The notes: generated from the sequence alone by a model not told the origin. Counted from the first letter of the stretch, positions 1 through 10,232 are shown. The stretch: DNA of 61,214 bases from Promethearchaeota archaeon (GCA_048937405.1 JBHLNF010000016.1:1-61214), one strand, 5' to 3'. Made by a program: numbers and translations.

Positions 1-17
1 CTCTCTGGTTTTGACAT
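1..17 (-). CDS. Probable first codons (MSKPE...) of the next gene of the por operon, likely the beta subunit, running off the window edge
   Basis: ATG TCA AAA CCA GAG starts 1 nt after the porA stop, with GGGGTGG upstream. Identity is inferred from operon order only. Confidence 0.4.
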
Positions 18-18
18 T

Positions 19-1248
19 TTATCTATCCACCCCATAAATGTTTTCTTTAGTTTCTCGTACTCCTAGATATTGATATAATTGTCCCTTCATATTTGATACA
101 GATTCCATTTTCCTTTTTGCAATGTCAAACTCATCGCGAGTTACATCCCTTCCTCCTAACCCAACAATGAAACTTCTAAAAATTGTTCCTAATGGATATA
201 AAGCGGACGCAACAGACATTGAAAAAGGTGGTAGCAACCCGTTCAAAGAATCACTTTTTTCTAATAGAATTAATTTCTCCAAATTATATTCTTCTACAAT
301 TTTTCGCAATTCTTCAAATGGAAATGGTCGATATGCTCTTACTTTAATCAAACCGACATCCTTATTTTTTGTCATCCAACTTATAATATTGCCGCACATT
401 GAACCCATTGTACAAAATGCAGTTTTAGATGAATTGTTTAAATTGTAAGTTTCGATTAAATTATATTTTCTTCCTGTTTCTGTTTTAAATTTATTAAAAG
501 CATTATCCATTTGGCCTAAAACAGGTTTTTTTGCTTCTTCTAGTTTTGCTCTTCCTTCCATAAAATAAGCAGGAGTTACAATACCTCCCCAAGTTCCTGG
601 TTTTGATGGATCAATACTATGTCGTGGTTTCTTAGGAGTCATTCTTCTAACAGTTTCATCTGGGATTAGAGTCAATTTCTGGACTGAATGTGATATTATA
701 AACCCATCATGAACGAACATGGTTGGAAATAAGGTATCTTCAGCAATCATAACTGAGAGAATAGCAGCATCGTATGTCTCTTGAACATTTTCAGATACAA
801 TTATGTTCCACCCAAGTTCAGAATTAGTTTGGGCAAATTCCCAAGAATTCCAAATAGATAGATTAGGTGAATTAAAAGCTCTCGCTGAAATCATCATTGT
901 TAAAGGTAATCTCCATCCTACAGCCATAGGAAGTGCTTCAGTCATTAATAAATACCCTTGACTAGCTGTAGCTGTAAAAGCTCTTGCTCCAGCGGCACAG
1001 GCAGCTGTAGAAAAGCTTATTGCTGCTAGTTCTGATTCTACATTTACAAATGCTGCTTTTAATCTTCCATGATGAACAACATCAGATAGTCCTTCAACTG
1101 ATTGAGTCTGAGGTGTGATAGGAAAAGCGCATATCACATCTGGATCAGTTTGAGTTACTCCTCCTGCAACAGCATAATTTCCAATCATAGTAGTTTCTAT
1201 TGGTTCCTTTATTTCCTTAAAAAACATTTTCATAGGCTCTATTGACAT
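19..1248 (-). CDS. porA: Pyruvate/2-oxoacid:ferredoxin oxidoreductase alpha subunit
   Basis: Motifs GNYAVA, AFPITPQT, VESELAA, TATASQG, GLGGRD. Start moved from 1281 to the ATG at 1248, which follows GAGGTG + 6 nt and avoids overlap with the upstream gene. Confidence 0.9.
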   Translation of the reverse strand: MSIEPMKMFFKEIKEPIETTMIGNYAVAGGVTQTDPDVICAFPITPQTQSVEGLSDVVHHGRLKAAFVNVESELAAISFSTAACAAGARAFTATASQGYLLMTEALPMAVGWRLPLTMMISARAFNSPNLSIWNSWEFAQTNSELGWNIIVSENVQETYDAAILSVMIAEDTLFPTMFVHDGFIISHSVQKLTLIPDETVRRMTPKKPRHSIDPSKPGTWGGIVTPAYFMEGRAKLEEAKKPVLGQMDNAFNKFKTETGRKYNLIETYNLNNSSKTAFCTMGSMCGNIISWMTKNKDVGLIKVRAYRPFPFEELRKIVEEYNLEKLILLEKSDSLNGLLPPFSMSVASALYPLGTIFRSFIVGLGGRDVTRDEFDIAKRKMESVSNMKGQLYQYLGVRETKENIYGVDR

Positions 1249-1262
1249 TTTTTTCACCTCAA

Positions 1263-2252
1263 TTATTCTGGAGCAGCACAAGCTGCTGGACCTTGTTTTA
1301 ATCTTTTGCTAATTGCCCCTACTGGGCAAATCTCAAGACAATTTTGACAGGATTTACAATGGGATTGGTCAATACCCTTCATGTGCCATAACCCATCTTC
1401 TCCTTTTTCTCTTATAATAGTAAAATCAGGACAAATATACCAACATTGAGCACAATCAGTACATTTTTCTTCATCCCAAATCATATCCCATTCACCCCAA
1501 GAACCTGTATTAACCTGTTTACTGCCAATTTCTATAACATCTTCATCGCAATACCATACTCCCGCTTTATTAATGTCTTTATATCCTGGTAATCCTGGAT
1601 AAACTTGTTGCCAAGGAACTTTTGTATCAACACTAAAATCAATATCAGAAGCTTCTGGTGCCTCATAAATACAAGTTTCCTCAAAGGCTCGTTTAATAGC
1701 TGCAACATTTTTCCCAGCAATTTCACCTTTAAATCGTCTCATTATAGCATCTGCTAAATCATCAATAGAAAAAATTGGCATAACTCTTAATAAAGTACCT
1801 AATATGATGGTATTTGTTATATTCCTACCAAGAATTTCCATTGCAATGTTTAATGCATCAATAGTTGCAATGTTTATATCTTTTCGGCCAATGATTTGTT
1901 GAATAGTAATTTGATCCATAGTGGTATTTACAACAAGCCATCCTCCTGGAGCAATTCCCGCTGTTACATCAACCTCTCCTAAAAGAGAAGGATCTAATAC
2001 TGAAACAGCATGCGGAGCATAAACCTGTTCATTTGTTCTTACCAGATCCTCATTTGCACTAAGTCTCACGTAACTCTCAGTTGGAGATCCCATACGTTCT
2101 GCCCCAAATAAAGGTTGACACACTCCATACCCATAAAAAGCCTCCACACATAGATTAGAAGCAGTAACTCCACCCTGTCCACCACGAGCGTGAAATCTAA
2201 GATTAATCACGTGTTCTTTTAATATTTCTTTCATTTGATCTGGAGTTATCAT
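1263..2252 (-). CDS. porC: 2-oxoacid:ferredoxin oxidoreductase gamma subunit fused to delta (2x[4Fe-4S]) subunit
   Basis: N-terminal RFHARGGQGGVT and FGAERMGSP (gamma). C-terminal TGSW, CTDCAQCWYICP and CKSCQNCLEICP (delta). Confidence 0.9.
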   Translation of the reverse strand: MITPDQMKEILKEHVINLRFHARGGQGGVTASNLCVEAFYGYGVCQPLFGAERMGSPTESYVRLSANEDLVRTNEQVYAPHAVSVLDPSLLGEVDVTAGIAPGGWLVVNTTMDQITIQQIIGRKDINIATIDALNIAMEILGRNITNTIILGTLLRVMPIFSIDDLADAIMRRFKGEIAGKNVAAIKRAFEETCIYEAPEASDIDFSVDTKVPWQQVYPGLPGYKDINKAGVWYCDEDVIEIGSKQVNTGSWGEWDMIWDEEKCTDCAQCWYICPDFTIIREKGEDGLWHMKGIDQSHCKSCQNCLEICPVGAISKRLKQGPAACAAPE

Positions 2253-2398
2253 TTTCTCTTACTTTTTGGTTATTTTTTCAATAGTTAAATTTATAAAAAA
2301 AAAAACTTAGGATAAACATTAAATTATGTATATTTTATCTTATAACTTTTATAGATTTTGGTTAAAAAAAATAACTAAAATCTTATAGAAAAAAATCC

Positions 2399-2634
2399 CT
2401 ATCTTAAAATGGTCCAGATATAAAAGGAAGTCTTTAAATCTTCTTTTTTTATCGAATTATAACCTGCCTTCTTGAATTCATCTATGATAATTTCTATTGC
2501 CTTTTTCTACCCTTCTGCTCCTATTAATCGAGGAAATACTAGCTTTTCTGTTATACAATATGCATTATCCACATTGAGTTTTTTAATTTTTTACTAGAAT
2601 TTTTTAGCTTATTTTCTAATTGTTCTACACTCAT
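2399..2634 (-). pseudogene. Degraded N-terminal remnant resembling an M28-family peptidase
   Basis: Not in the ORF track. ATG at 2634 (MSVEQLENKLKNSSKK), a frameshift, then LNVDNAYCITEKLVFPRLIGAEG*KKAIEIIIDEFKKAGYNSIKKEDLKTSFYIWTILR*. The RxxGxEGExxA...F...GY pattern resembles M28/M20 peptidase N-termini. Confidence 0.6.
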
Positions 2635-2648
2635 TTTTATTTTAAAAA

Positions 2649-3584
2649 TCATATCTCTTTTTTAGTTATTAGATATTTAAACCACTCGAGAGGTAGGGTT
2701 TTTTTAACTTTTCGTAAGAATTTTGAAATACTTAACACACCTAAATCAGAAATTATTCCAGAAATATATTTTGGTGGAGTAATATCAAAATAGAAATTAT
2801 GAACCTCTAAAAACTTATTTGTTATTATTTTATTGTAAACTTCCTTAATTGGCTTTTTCAAAATCTCAATCATATAACCATAGTGACTTTTTAAATTGTA
2901 TTTAAAAGAATCACATACTACAATCACTTCAATTTTTTGGGTATAAGCTAATAAGCATAATGGAAATGTTCCAACTTTATTAATGATTGAACCATCCTTT
3001 AATATACTATCCGCACCTATTAAAACTACGTCGATATCATTAATAAAATAACCAATTGCGGCATCTATAATTAAATGGGTTTTGAAATGTTTAGATAAAA
3101 TTTCTGCTACACGTTGTCCTTCAAGTAAAGGTCTTGATTCTAACACATAAATTTCAAAATTTAATTCTTTGTTTTCAAGTAATAAATTGATAATTGTTGA
3201 ACTATAGGAAATTAATATTATTTTTTGTGTTTTTAATTTCCCATCTTTCCAAAAATTATGAAAATTTGACGCTAATAATCTCTTTCTTTTTTCTTCATCC
3301 TCCTCAAACTGATTTAATCTATCTTCTATAATAATTTTAGAAAAATTTTCCAAATTGTTTACAAGATAACCCATTGTATTAATAAGAGGAGCCATACTTG
3401 GACGAGTGCCTATTATTCGATTTAATAAATAAATAATATCATTTCTTATATCTCTATGTGGATCTTTGATTAGTTTAAGTTGAGCTTTTACTATTTCAAG
3501 AGCTTTATCAATAAACTCACTTGCACCAGATGTGTTATCCTTTCTCATAACATCAAGAATCTCTTCTAATTCTTTAATTTTCAA
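2649..3584 (-). CDS. eIF-2B alpha/beta/delta family (IF-2B) protein
   Basis: DNTSGAS, RPSMAPL, ISYSSTI, ESRPLLEG, GADSILKDGSIINKVGT, FDITPP. TTG start. Confidence 0.85.
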   Translation of the reverse strand: MKIKELEEILDVMRKDNTSGASEFIDKALEIVKAQLKLIKDPHRDIRNDIIYLLNRIIGTRPSMAPLINTMGYLVNNLENFSKIIIEDRLNQFEEDEEKRKRLLASNFHNFWKDGKLKTQKIILISYSSTIINLLLENKELNFEIYVLESRPLLEGQRVAEILSKHFKTHLIIDAAIGYFINDIDVVLIGADSILKDGSIINKVGTFPLCLLAYTQKIEVIVVCDSFKYNLKSHYGYMIEILKKPIKEVYNKIITNKFLEVHNFYFDITPPKYISGIISDLGVLSISKFLRKVKKTLPLEWFKYLITKKEI

Positions 3585-3869
3585 ATTAATTTACCATTAA
3601 TCAGTGATAAATTTTTGTTGATTATTTTAAATTAAGTAAACTTTCTTTTAAAATACAGATTTCCTCTCATAAACTATAAAAATTCAATAAATAATCAATA
3701 CAATCCAGCAAACTAATTCTCTATATTAGGATATTAATAATTTGATACTATTAAATAACTCTGATATAATTAGCCTTAAATTGAATTTTTAAAATTCTAA
3801 TTTAATAAGATTTGGTTTAAATTAAAAAAAAAAAAAATTATTTAATTGTTTTTTTTGCTTTTTACGCTT

Positions 3870-6032
3870 TTAATCTCTTACGTTAACACCTATAACATAA
3901 TCAGAAGTTAAAATATGATCTGCACGATTGCTGACAATGATTAATCGAATATTATCTTCTTTTGAAGGTGAAACCAACATTATACCACTTTGTGTGGTAG
4001 AACGAACCCACATATGACGAACATAATTCAGATCTAATACAACTTCTGGATCTAAGAGAGGATAGTCTAAATTTAATACCGTAACTTCCCAGTTATTTTG
4101 GAGGATACCATCAGTTATATACCAACCATCTGTTACCCAGCCATCTTCTCCATTCTCTACATCGTCGAGAGGAAATACATCATTTGTAATTTCAATATCA
4201 TCAACGTACATATTTTGAAGGGTAAATGCACCATCCTGCCATAAGCGGAAGTGAACTTCTATCGTTTTTCCCGCAAAAGGGGTCAAATCCATACTAACGG
4301 GCACCCAACCATCACTTAAACCCGTGAATCCATACCATCTTCCAGCAGCTTCATAATCAGTTGGTTCTTGACCAGTAGGACAATTTGGATTGTCTTGTGC
4401 AATTGCTACAAAATCTCTCATAGGTACATAATCATAGCTATGAGTAATGGAATTGTATACATACATCATAAATGAAGGATCATTTAAAGTATACCATTCA
4501 CCCTCACATTCTACTTCTACATACCCATAATCCCAATCATCCTCTATCTCAAAATAGGTATAGAAATTAAGAGTGGTAATACCATCCTCAGGAATATCAA
4601 AACTTTGACTAAAACTTTGCCAAGCCCAAGCATTAGCATCAGAATACCATTCATATGTTCCGCTATGAGCAGGTGTCCCAGAAGTATCATCTCCGTCTAT
4701 ATATACTTTCGCCCAATCATCATTAGTAAACCTGTAATAGTGTGGAGTATATGGTTGTGGACTACCCCACCAACCTGATAACTCCCAATCCCCAGAAAAA
4801 ATAGGTTCTCCCCAGTAATCAGATAGAAAAGCGTCAATTGACCAAAATCCTGTATCTTCACTTGGGATATCTAATGTATAATAGCCATATTTCCCACCCT
4901 TTCTCGAAGTATCATCAAGATAGTTAGCTATTGTCCAATCGTCGAATATTTCATTAAAACTTGGTGTACGATGCCAAGGACAACAATGACGATGATGGCA
5001 ACTCATCGTTTTTAAAGCATTTTCAATACCTTCAATACCATTTGCTTGTTCTTGGACTAAAGTTCGGAAGAATTCATCTCCCCCATAATGTTCATAGAGA
5101 TAAAGTGCAAAGAGATAACTAGCTCCATAATCTTCTAAACCATTTCCCCAGAAAGTAAGAGCTGTAGTCCAATGAAAAGCAAGATAGTATATAATGTGAT
5201 TGGTCCAATGCCCATAACCACATAAATAACTAGCTAAATCTGCGCATCCCTCATCGACCCAAGAAGGCTCATCAGGATCTTGATCGAAGTGTACTAAATG
5301 CTCGAATTCATGAGCAAAAACACCTTCCATGACTTGGCTTGAGCCGGGACCAACACGATTTTCCCAGTCAAAAGTATCACAATGCATAATGTTTTTATTA
5401 TATTCAGCACTTGTGGAAGCTGAAAAATATCCTACAATATAAGATCCAGCAGCATCATTGTAATAGGATTCATCGCGAATATTGAATATTAAAGTCCAAA
5501 TTTTTTGACCCTCATCACCACGGGGAAGAGGTTCTCCAAACACATTTGTGACTGTTGGGTAGATTGTATTATCAAATTCATCCTTCAAATATTCAAGTTG
5601 TTCAGGGGTTATTAAATGTTCATCAAATCCCCAGGTACCATATGGATTATCATAATGATAATATGCACCATCAAAACTATCATATGCTTCGGTCGTGATA
5701 AGAATAAGACAATGATCTCCTTCCAATAAAACAATAAATTCTTCAGGATATTCCGTACCATAATAATCATCAGAAAGATCAAAGGTAAATGTATCCCCAA
5801 CCTGAGCAGGTTCACCCATAGCTGAAGCACCAGTCGCGAGAGCAGATCCTACTTCTGCGGCTTGTTTTCGTATTGCAATTTCTTTTTGACCCAAATCTTC
5901 AGGTGTTAAATCTCTTATTCCACGTTCTAAAGTTTTTGTTGATGATTGAGATGCACCGAATATTACTGTTGTACCCGCAATATTTATAAAGACGAAGACT
6001 ATCAATAATACGATAATTTTATTTTTTTTCAT
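3870..6032 (-). CDS. Secreted zinc metallopeptidase (M30/immune-inhibitor-A-like) with C-terminal beta-sandwich domain
   Basis: Basic plus hydrophobic signal peptide, AHEFEHLVH zinc motif, downstream WVDEGCAD, and InhA/MAM-like YFEIEDDWDYGYVEV and DLTPFAGKTIEVHFR. Confidence 0.85.
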   Translation of the reverse strand: MKKNKIIVLLIVFVFINIAGTTVIFGASQSSTKTLERGIRDLTPEDLGQKEIAIRKQAAEVGSALATGASAMGEPAQVGDTFTFDLSDDYYGTEYPEEFIVLLEGDHCLILITTEAYDSFDGAYYHYDNPYGTWGFDEHLITPEQLEYLKDEFDNTIYPTVTNVFGEPLPRGDEGQKIWTLIFNIRDESYYNDAAGSYIVGYFSASTSAEYNKNIMHCDTFDWENRVGPGSSQVMEGVFAHEFEHLVHFDQDPDEPSWVDEGCADLASYLCGYGHWTNHIIYYLAFHWTTALTFWGNGLEDYGASYLFALYLYEHYGGDEFFRTLVQEQANGIEGIENALKTMSCHHRHCCPWHRTPSFNEIFDDWTIANYLDDTSRKGGKYGYYTLDIPSEDTGFWSIDAFLSDYWGEPIFSGDWELSGWWGSPQPYTPHYYRFTNDDWAKVYIDGDDTSGTPAHSGTYEWYSDANAWAWQSFSQSFDIPEDGITTLNFYTYFEIEDDWDYGYVEVECEGEWYTLNDPSFMMYVYNSITHSYDYVPMRDFVAIAQDNPNCPTGQEPTDYEAAGRWYGFTGLSDGWVPVSMDLTPFAGKTIEVHFRLWQDGAFTLQNMYVDDIEITNDVFPLDDVENGEDGWVTDGWYITDGILQNNWEVTVLNLDYPLLDPEVVLDLNYVRHMWVRSTTQSGIMLVSPSKEDNIRLIIVSNRADHILTSDYVIGVNVRD

Positions 6033-6070
6033 TTTTTTTCATTTTTTTTTTTTAAATTATTTGTTTTAAG

Positions 6071-6152
6071 CCAAAATATAGATCTCCTCTTTATCATAAA
6101 ATCTATATTTTGGTGAACGTCCAAAAGATTTGAAATATAAGATAATTTCAAA
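6071..6152. promoter_or_regulatory. Cluster of inverted repeats just upstream of the peptidase gene
   Basis: Perfect 13-bp IR CCAAAATATAGAT (6071-6083) / ATCTATATTTTGG (6101-6113), overlapping TTTTGG/CCAAAA hairpin (6108-6126), and TTTGAAAT/ATTTCAAA (6129-6152). Confidence 0.5.
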
Positions 6153-6424
6153 AGGCTTTCGTTAATCTGTATATTTGAAGCTTTGGTATTTAAGATTTCT
6201 GTTTATTTTGACAGAAATGTATGAGAATAGTGGGTCTCTATTCCCATTATTTAACACTTTTATCTAAAAATTTGTTATTTGAGATCTCCCTTTTTTAGAC
6301 AAAAATGGATAAAAATTACAGGAGTCAATTATCATCAGGAGAGAATAATTCTGAATTCTATAATGAAAAAAATAATGAAAACCATACAATCTGAAAAATT
6401 TAATTTTATGAAAAATTTGAAGAA

Positions 6425-7858
6425 ATGATGATTAAGAAAGTCTCAACGGGATTAAACATTAAGGATCTGACATTTATTAACAATATCAAGTCTATTGCAG
6501 TAATTGGTCCATCAAAAAAGAGAGATTATTTCTTTTTGAGAAATCATTATGAGAATTTTAAAGGACCTGTTTATGCGGTACACCATTCAGTTGAAAAAAT
6601 ACCTAATTTTGATAATAATAATCTTTTTCCTGCGCTAAAAGACATTCCTGGAGAAATTGATTTTGCCTTTATAGCAGTTCCACCATCTCAGATTTTAGAT
6701 GTTATTGAACAATGTGTTAAAAAAGAAGTTAAATTAGTTACAGTGTTTACTTCTGAATTTTCAGATTCAGGTAAAGAAGAAGGTATTAAATTAGAAAATG
6801 AATTATTAAAACGAGCCCAAAATAAAGTAAGAATCTTTGGACCAAATGGATTGGGATTATTTTATCCTAAATTGGGAATTGCGTGGCGTAATCAATTTCC
6901 AACTACACCAGGGAATATAGGATTTATTGCACAATCAGGAGGAATATGTAACATTGCTATATATGGAGCAGAAGCCTTAGGGATTAATTTTTCTAAAGTC
7001 TTTTCATTTGGAAATGGAGCGGATTTGGATTTTGTTGACCTACTTTACTTTTTAAGCAATGATTCTGAAACAGATCTTATCTTATGTTATATAGAAGGTA
7101 TTAAAGAAGGAAGAATCGATGATTTAAAAGTAATTCTCAAACAAAATAAAAAACCAATTATAGCATTAAAAGGAGGTCAAACTGAAACGGGATCTATTGC
7201 AGCTAAAACTCATACCGCTTCAATTTCCGGAGATAATCGTCTCTGGGAGACACTATTTAAGCAATATAATATAATTAAAGTAGATTCTTTAGAGCAATTG
7301 TTAAATACAGCTCGTTTAATTGATTTTTATGGACTTTTTCAATTAAAAAACTTAGCAATCTTTAGTGTTAGTGGAGGATACGGTGTGATCTTAGTTGATT
7401 TACTTGAAAAAGCGGGATTAAAAGTATCGCCATTTAGTCCTGAAATTCAGGATAAGTTGAATTCTAAATTTTTTTTACCAGGAACAAGTTCGAAGAATCC
7501 TTTAGATATGGCAGCACAATTTTTTTATGGAAATACGGCATATGATATCATTGATCTTGCTTTATCCGATAGTAATATAGATGGGTTAATTTTAGACATG
7601 CCAAGTTTTTACTTAACTCCAGTCCTTAAAACATCTAGTATTGAATCATTCATATCTACTATGGTAGAATGCTTAAGCTTGGGACATAAACATAATAAAC
7701 CATTAATCCCAATAATTCAACGTTTAAGTCAACCCCAAGAAAGAGAAAATATTTCAAGAAAGTTGACTAAAAACAAAGTTCCAGTTTTTGGAGATCCTCT
7801 AGAATTTATTCCTTTATTACCAAAAATTTCCAATTATTTAAGAAAAAGTAAAAAATAA
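6425..7858 (+). CDS. ADP-forming acyl-CoA synthetase alpha subunit (CoA-binding + ligase domains)
   Basis: SIAVIGPS, RIFGPNGLG, FIAQSGG, SFGNGADL, phospho-His motif AAKTHTASISG, NPLD. No beta subunit in the window. Confidence 0.85.
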   Translation: MMIKKVSTGLNIKDLTFINNIKSIAVIGPSKKRDYFFLRNHYENFKGPVYAVHHSVEKIPNFDNNNLFPALKDIPGEIDFAFIAVPPSQILDVIEQCVKKEVKLVTVFTSEFSDSGKEEGIKLENELLKRAQNKVRIFGPNGLGLFYPKLGIAWRNQFPTTPGNIGFIAQSGGICNIAIYGAEALGINFSKVFSFGNGADLDFVDLLYFLSNDSETDLILCYIEGIKEGRIDDLKVILKQNKKPIIALKGGQTETGSIAAKTHTASISGDNRLWETLFKQYNIIKVDSLEQLLNTARLIDFYGLFQLKNLAIFSVSGGYGVILVDLLEKAGLKVSPFSPEIQDKLNSKFFLPGTSSKNPLDMAAQFFYGNTAYDIIDLALSDSNIDGLILDMPSFYLTPVLKTSSIESFISTMVECLSLGHKHNKPLIPIIQRLSQPQERENISRKLTKNKVPVFGDPLEFIPLLPKISNYLRKSKK

Positions 7859-7862
7859 ATAA

Positions 7863-10232
7863 TTATTTTAAAGCTACTTTACTTACCTGTGAGACTAAAT
7901 CAGCAAACTTTTTTCCTTCTGCAGCAGATATCCAGGCAATAACAAATCTTTCATCAGAAATATTATTTCTTTTCATCCAGCTTCTTATCCTTTTTTCTCG
8001 CTTTATAGCCCAATCATTTCCAGAAATATAATGACAATCTTGAGGATGGCATCCAGTCAACATAACAGCTCCAGCTCCACGATCAAAACAGTGTTTAATA
8101 AAAGATATTTTAACTCGTCCTGAACACATAGTTCTAACAATCCTAGTATTAGTTGGATATTGAATTCGACTTGTTCCCGCCAAATCCGCTCCTGCATATG
8201 AGCACCAATTACAAGCAAAAATCAAGACCTTCTTTGAGGCATTTTCATGGAGAGCAATATCTATTTGTCTAAGGATCATGGCATCTGTAAAATTTGTCAT
8301 AGTAATAGCATCTGTTGGACAATCTGCTGCACATGTCCCGCATCCCTTACATAATACAGGAATAATTCTTGCTGGTGTTTTCTTCTCTCGATCAACACTT
8401 ATGGCACCATAGGGACAACGAGATACACAAGTCCCACAACTAGTACATTTTTCTATATCTACAAATGCATATAAGGGCTCTACATGAAATTCTTCTTTTG
8501 CAATTAAATTTCCACAGCGTCCTGCTGCAGCACTTGCTTGAGTAACAGTTTCTCTGATATCTTTTGGTGATTCAGCACCTCCAGCAATGAATATACCATC
8601 TGTTGGAGTATCAACTGGTCGAAGTTTAGGATGCGCTTCAATATAAAAACCTTTAGGATCCTTAGCAATAGGAAATGGAATAGATTCTGAAGAACCTTGA
8701 ACACCTATAGAAAGAACTACTAAATCATATTCTTCAGATAGCATTGTTCCAGTGCTAATATTTTCAACATTGATAATAAGATTTTTATTGATGGGCTTTT
8801 CTTTAATCTGACCAGGACGTCCACGTATAAAAAGAATTCCTTCTTCTCTTGCTCTAGAGTATAATTCCTCAAATCCCTTACCAAAAGCTCTGATATCAAT
8901 AAAAAATATTGTAACCTCAACTTCAGGCCAATGTTCTTTAATTAAAAGACTATCCTTTATACTTTCCATACAACAGAAGTTAGAACAATATGGATTAAAT
9001 CTCTTATCACGTGATCCTACACAATTTATAAAAGCAACTTTTTTTGGTTTCTTAAGATCACTAGGACGTACGAGTTCTCCATTTGTAGGTCCTGCAGCAT
9101 TAATTAATCTCTCAAATTCAAAGGTTGTTATAACATTAGGATAATTACCCCATCCATATTCGGGAAGATTAGAGGCATCAAAAAGCTCAAACCCTACTGC
9201 GATAATAATGGCTCCTACTTTATATTTAAAAATTTTTTCAGAATCTTCATACACAATAGCTTCTTTTTCACATTCAGGAACGCATTTTCCACATGCTAAA
9301 GGAGAAAGACCTAAACAGTTTTTTTCATCAATTATATAGCTGGCAGGTACGGCTTGGGGATATGGGATATATATTGCTTTTCTCCAACCCAAGTTACCAG
9401 AATACTCATCAACAACGTTTTCAGGGCAAATAGCAACACAATCCCCACATGCAGTACAAAGGTTTTCATCAACATAACGAGGTTGTTTTTTTATAGTGAC
9501 TTCAAAATTACCAATATATCCAGATATTTCTGTAACTTCAGCACAGGAAATTAAATTAATATTTTCATGATTCCCTACATCTGCCATTTTTGGACCTAAA
9601 ATACAAATCGAACAATCCATTGTTGGAAAAGTTTTATCGATAAGAGCCATTTTTCCTCCAATTGTAGGTGATTTTTCGACAAGAATAACTTCATAATCGT
9701 CAGCTAGATCTAATGCAGCCTGAATTCCTGCTACACCTCCTCCAATGATTAAAACCCTTTGGGTAATTGGAACAACGATATCATCAATTGCTTCCAATAA
9801 TTCTGCTTTAGCAATTGCCATGTCAACAATTTCCTTAGCTTTTTTAGTCGCTTCTTCCTTCTCTGAAAGATGGATCCAACTACATTGTTCTCGGATATTA
9901 GCAACCTCCACCAGTGATGGATTTATTCCAACTCTTCTTAAAAGCGCTTTCCATGTTGGACCATGTAATCTCGGGGAACATGCAGCTACAACAATTTTCT
10001 CTACACCTTGCTCTTTAATAGCAGTTTCGATCTCTACTTGCCCTGGATCTGAGCAAGTATAAGTATTAACTTGAATTAGTTTGACTCTTGGATCATCTTC
10101 TAATTCTAGCGCTAATTGATCAATATCAACAGTTCCACCAATATTTTTTCCGCATTTACATAGGAAAACTCCAATCTTAGGTTCAATTTCCGTTTTATCA
10201 ATATTTTTTGTCTTATTTTCACTTTCAGTCAT
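7863..10232 (-). CDS. hdrA: Heterodisulfide reductase subunit A fused to MvhD
   Basis: GVFLCKCG, VVAACSPR, NIREQCSW, IGGGVAG, DKTFPTMDCSIC, CVGSRD, CSNFCC, ferredoxin motifs. C-terminal MvhD CNWCSYAGAD, MCSGRV, GCHPQDCHY, WISAAEG. Start placed at the ATG at 10232 after GAGTG. Confidence 0.92.
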   Translation of the reverse strand: MTESENKTKNIDKTEIEPKIGVFLCKCGKNIGGTVDIDQLALELEDDPRVKLIQVNTYTCSDPGQVEIETAIKEQGVEKIVVAACSPRLHGPTWKALLRRVGINPSLVEVANIREQCSWIHLSEKEEATKKAKEIVDMAIAKAELLEAIDDIVVPITQRVLIIGGGVAGIQAALDLADDYEVILVEKSPTIGGKMALIDKTFPTMDCSICILGPKMADVGNHENINLISCAEVTEISGYIGNFEVTIKKQPRYVDENLCTACGDCVAICPENVVDEYSGNLGWRKAIYIPYPQAVPASYIIDEKNCLGLSPLACGKCVPECEKEAIVYEDSEKIFKYKVGAIIIAVGFELFDASNLPEYGWGNYPNVITTFEFERLINAAGPTNGELVRPSDLKKPKKVAFINCVGSRDKRFNPYCSNFCCMESIKDSLLIKEHWPEVEVTIFFIDIRAFGKGFEELYSRAREEGILFIRGRPGQIKEKPINKNLIINVENISTGTMLSEEYDLVVLSIGVQGSSESIPFPIAKDPKGFYIEAHPKLRPVDTPTDGIFIAGGAESPKDIRETVTQASAAAGRCGNLIAKEEFHVEPLYAFVDIEKCTSCGTCVSRCPYGAISVDREKKTPARIIPVLCKGCGTCAADCPTDAITMTNFTDAMILRQIDIALHENASKKVLIFACNWCSYAGADLAGTSRIQYPTNTRIVRTMCSGRVKISFIKHCFDRGAGAVMLTGCHPQDCHYISGNDWAIKREKRIRSWMKRNNISDERFVIAWISAAEGKKFADLVSQVSKVALK

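Noticed and set aside
2507-2509. Pyrrolysine or read-through at the in-frame TAG of the peptidase relic
   Set aside because: The fragment also has a frameshift and is truncated, and no pyl genes are in the window. Decay is the simpler explanation.
7863-10232. Selenocysteine in HdrA/MvhD, which are selenoproteins in some archaea
   Set aside because: The relevant motifs (DCSIC, CNWCSY) are Cys-coded, the ORF has no in-frame TGA, and no SECIS is needed.
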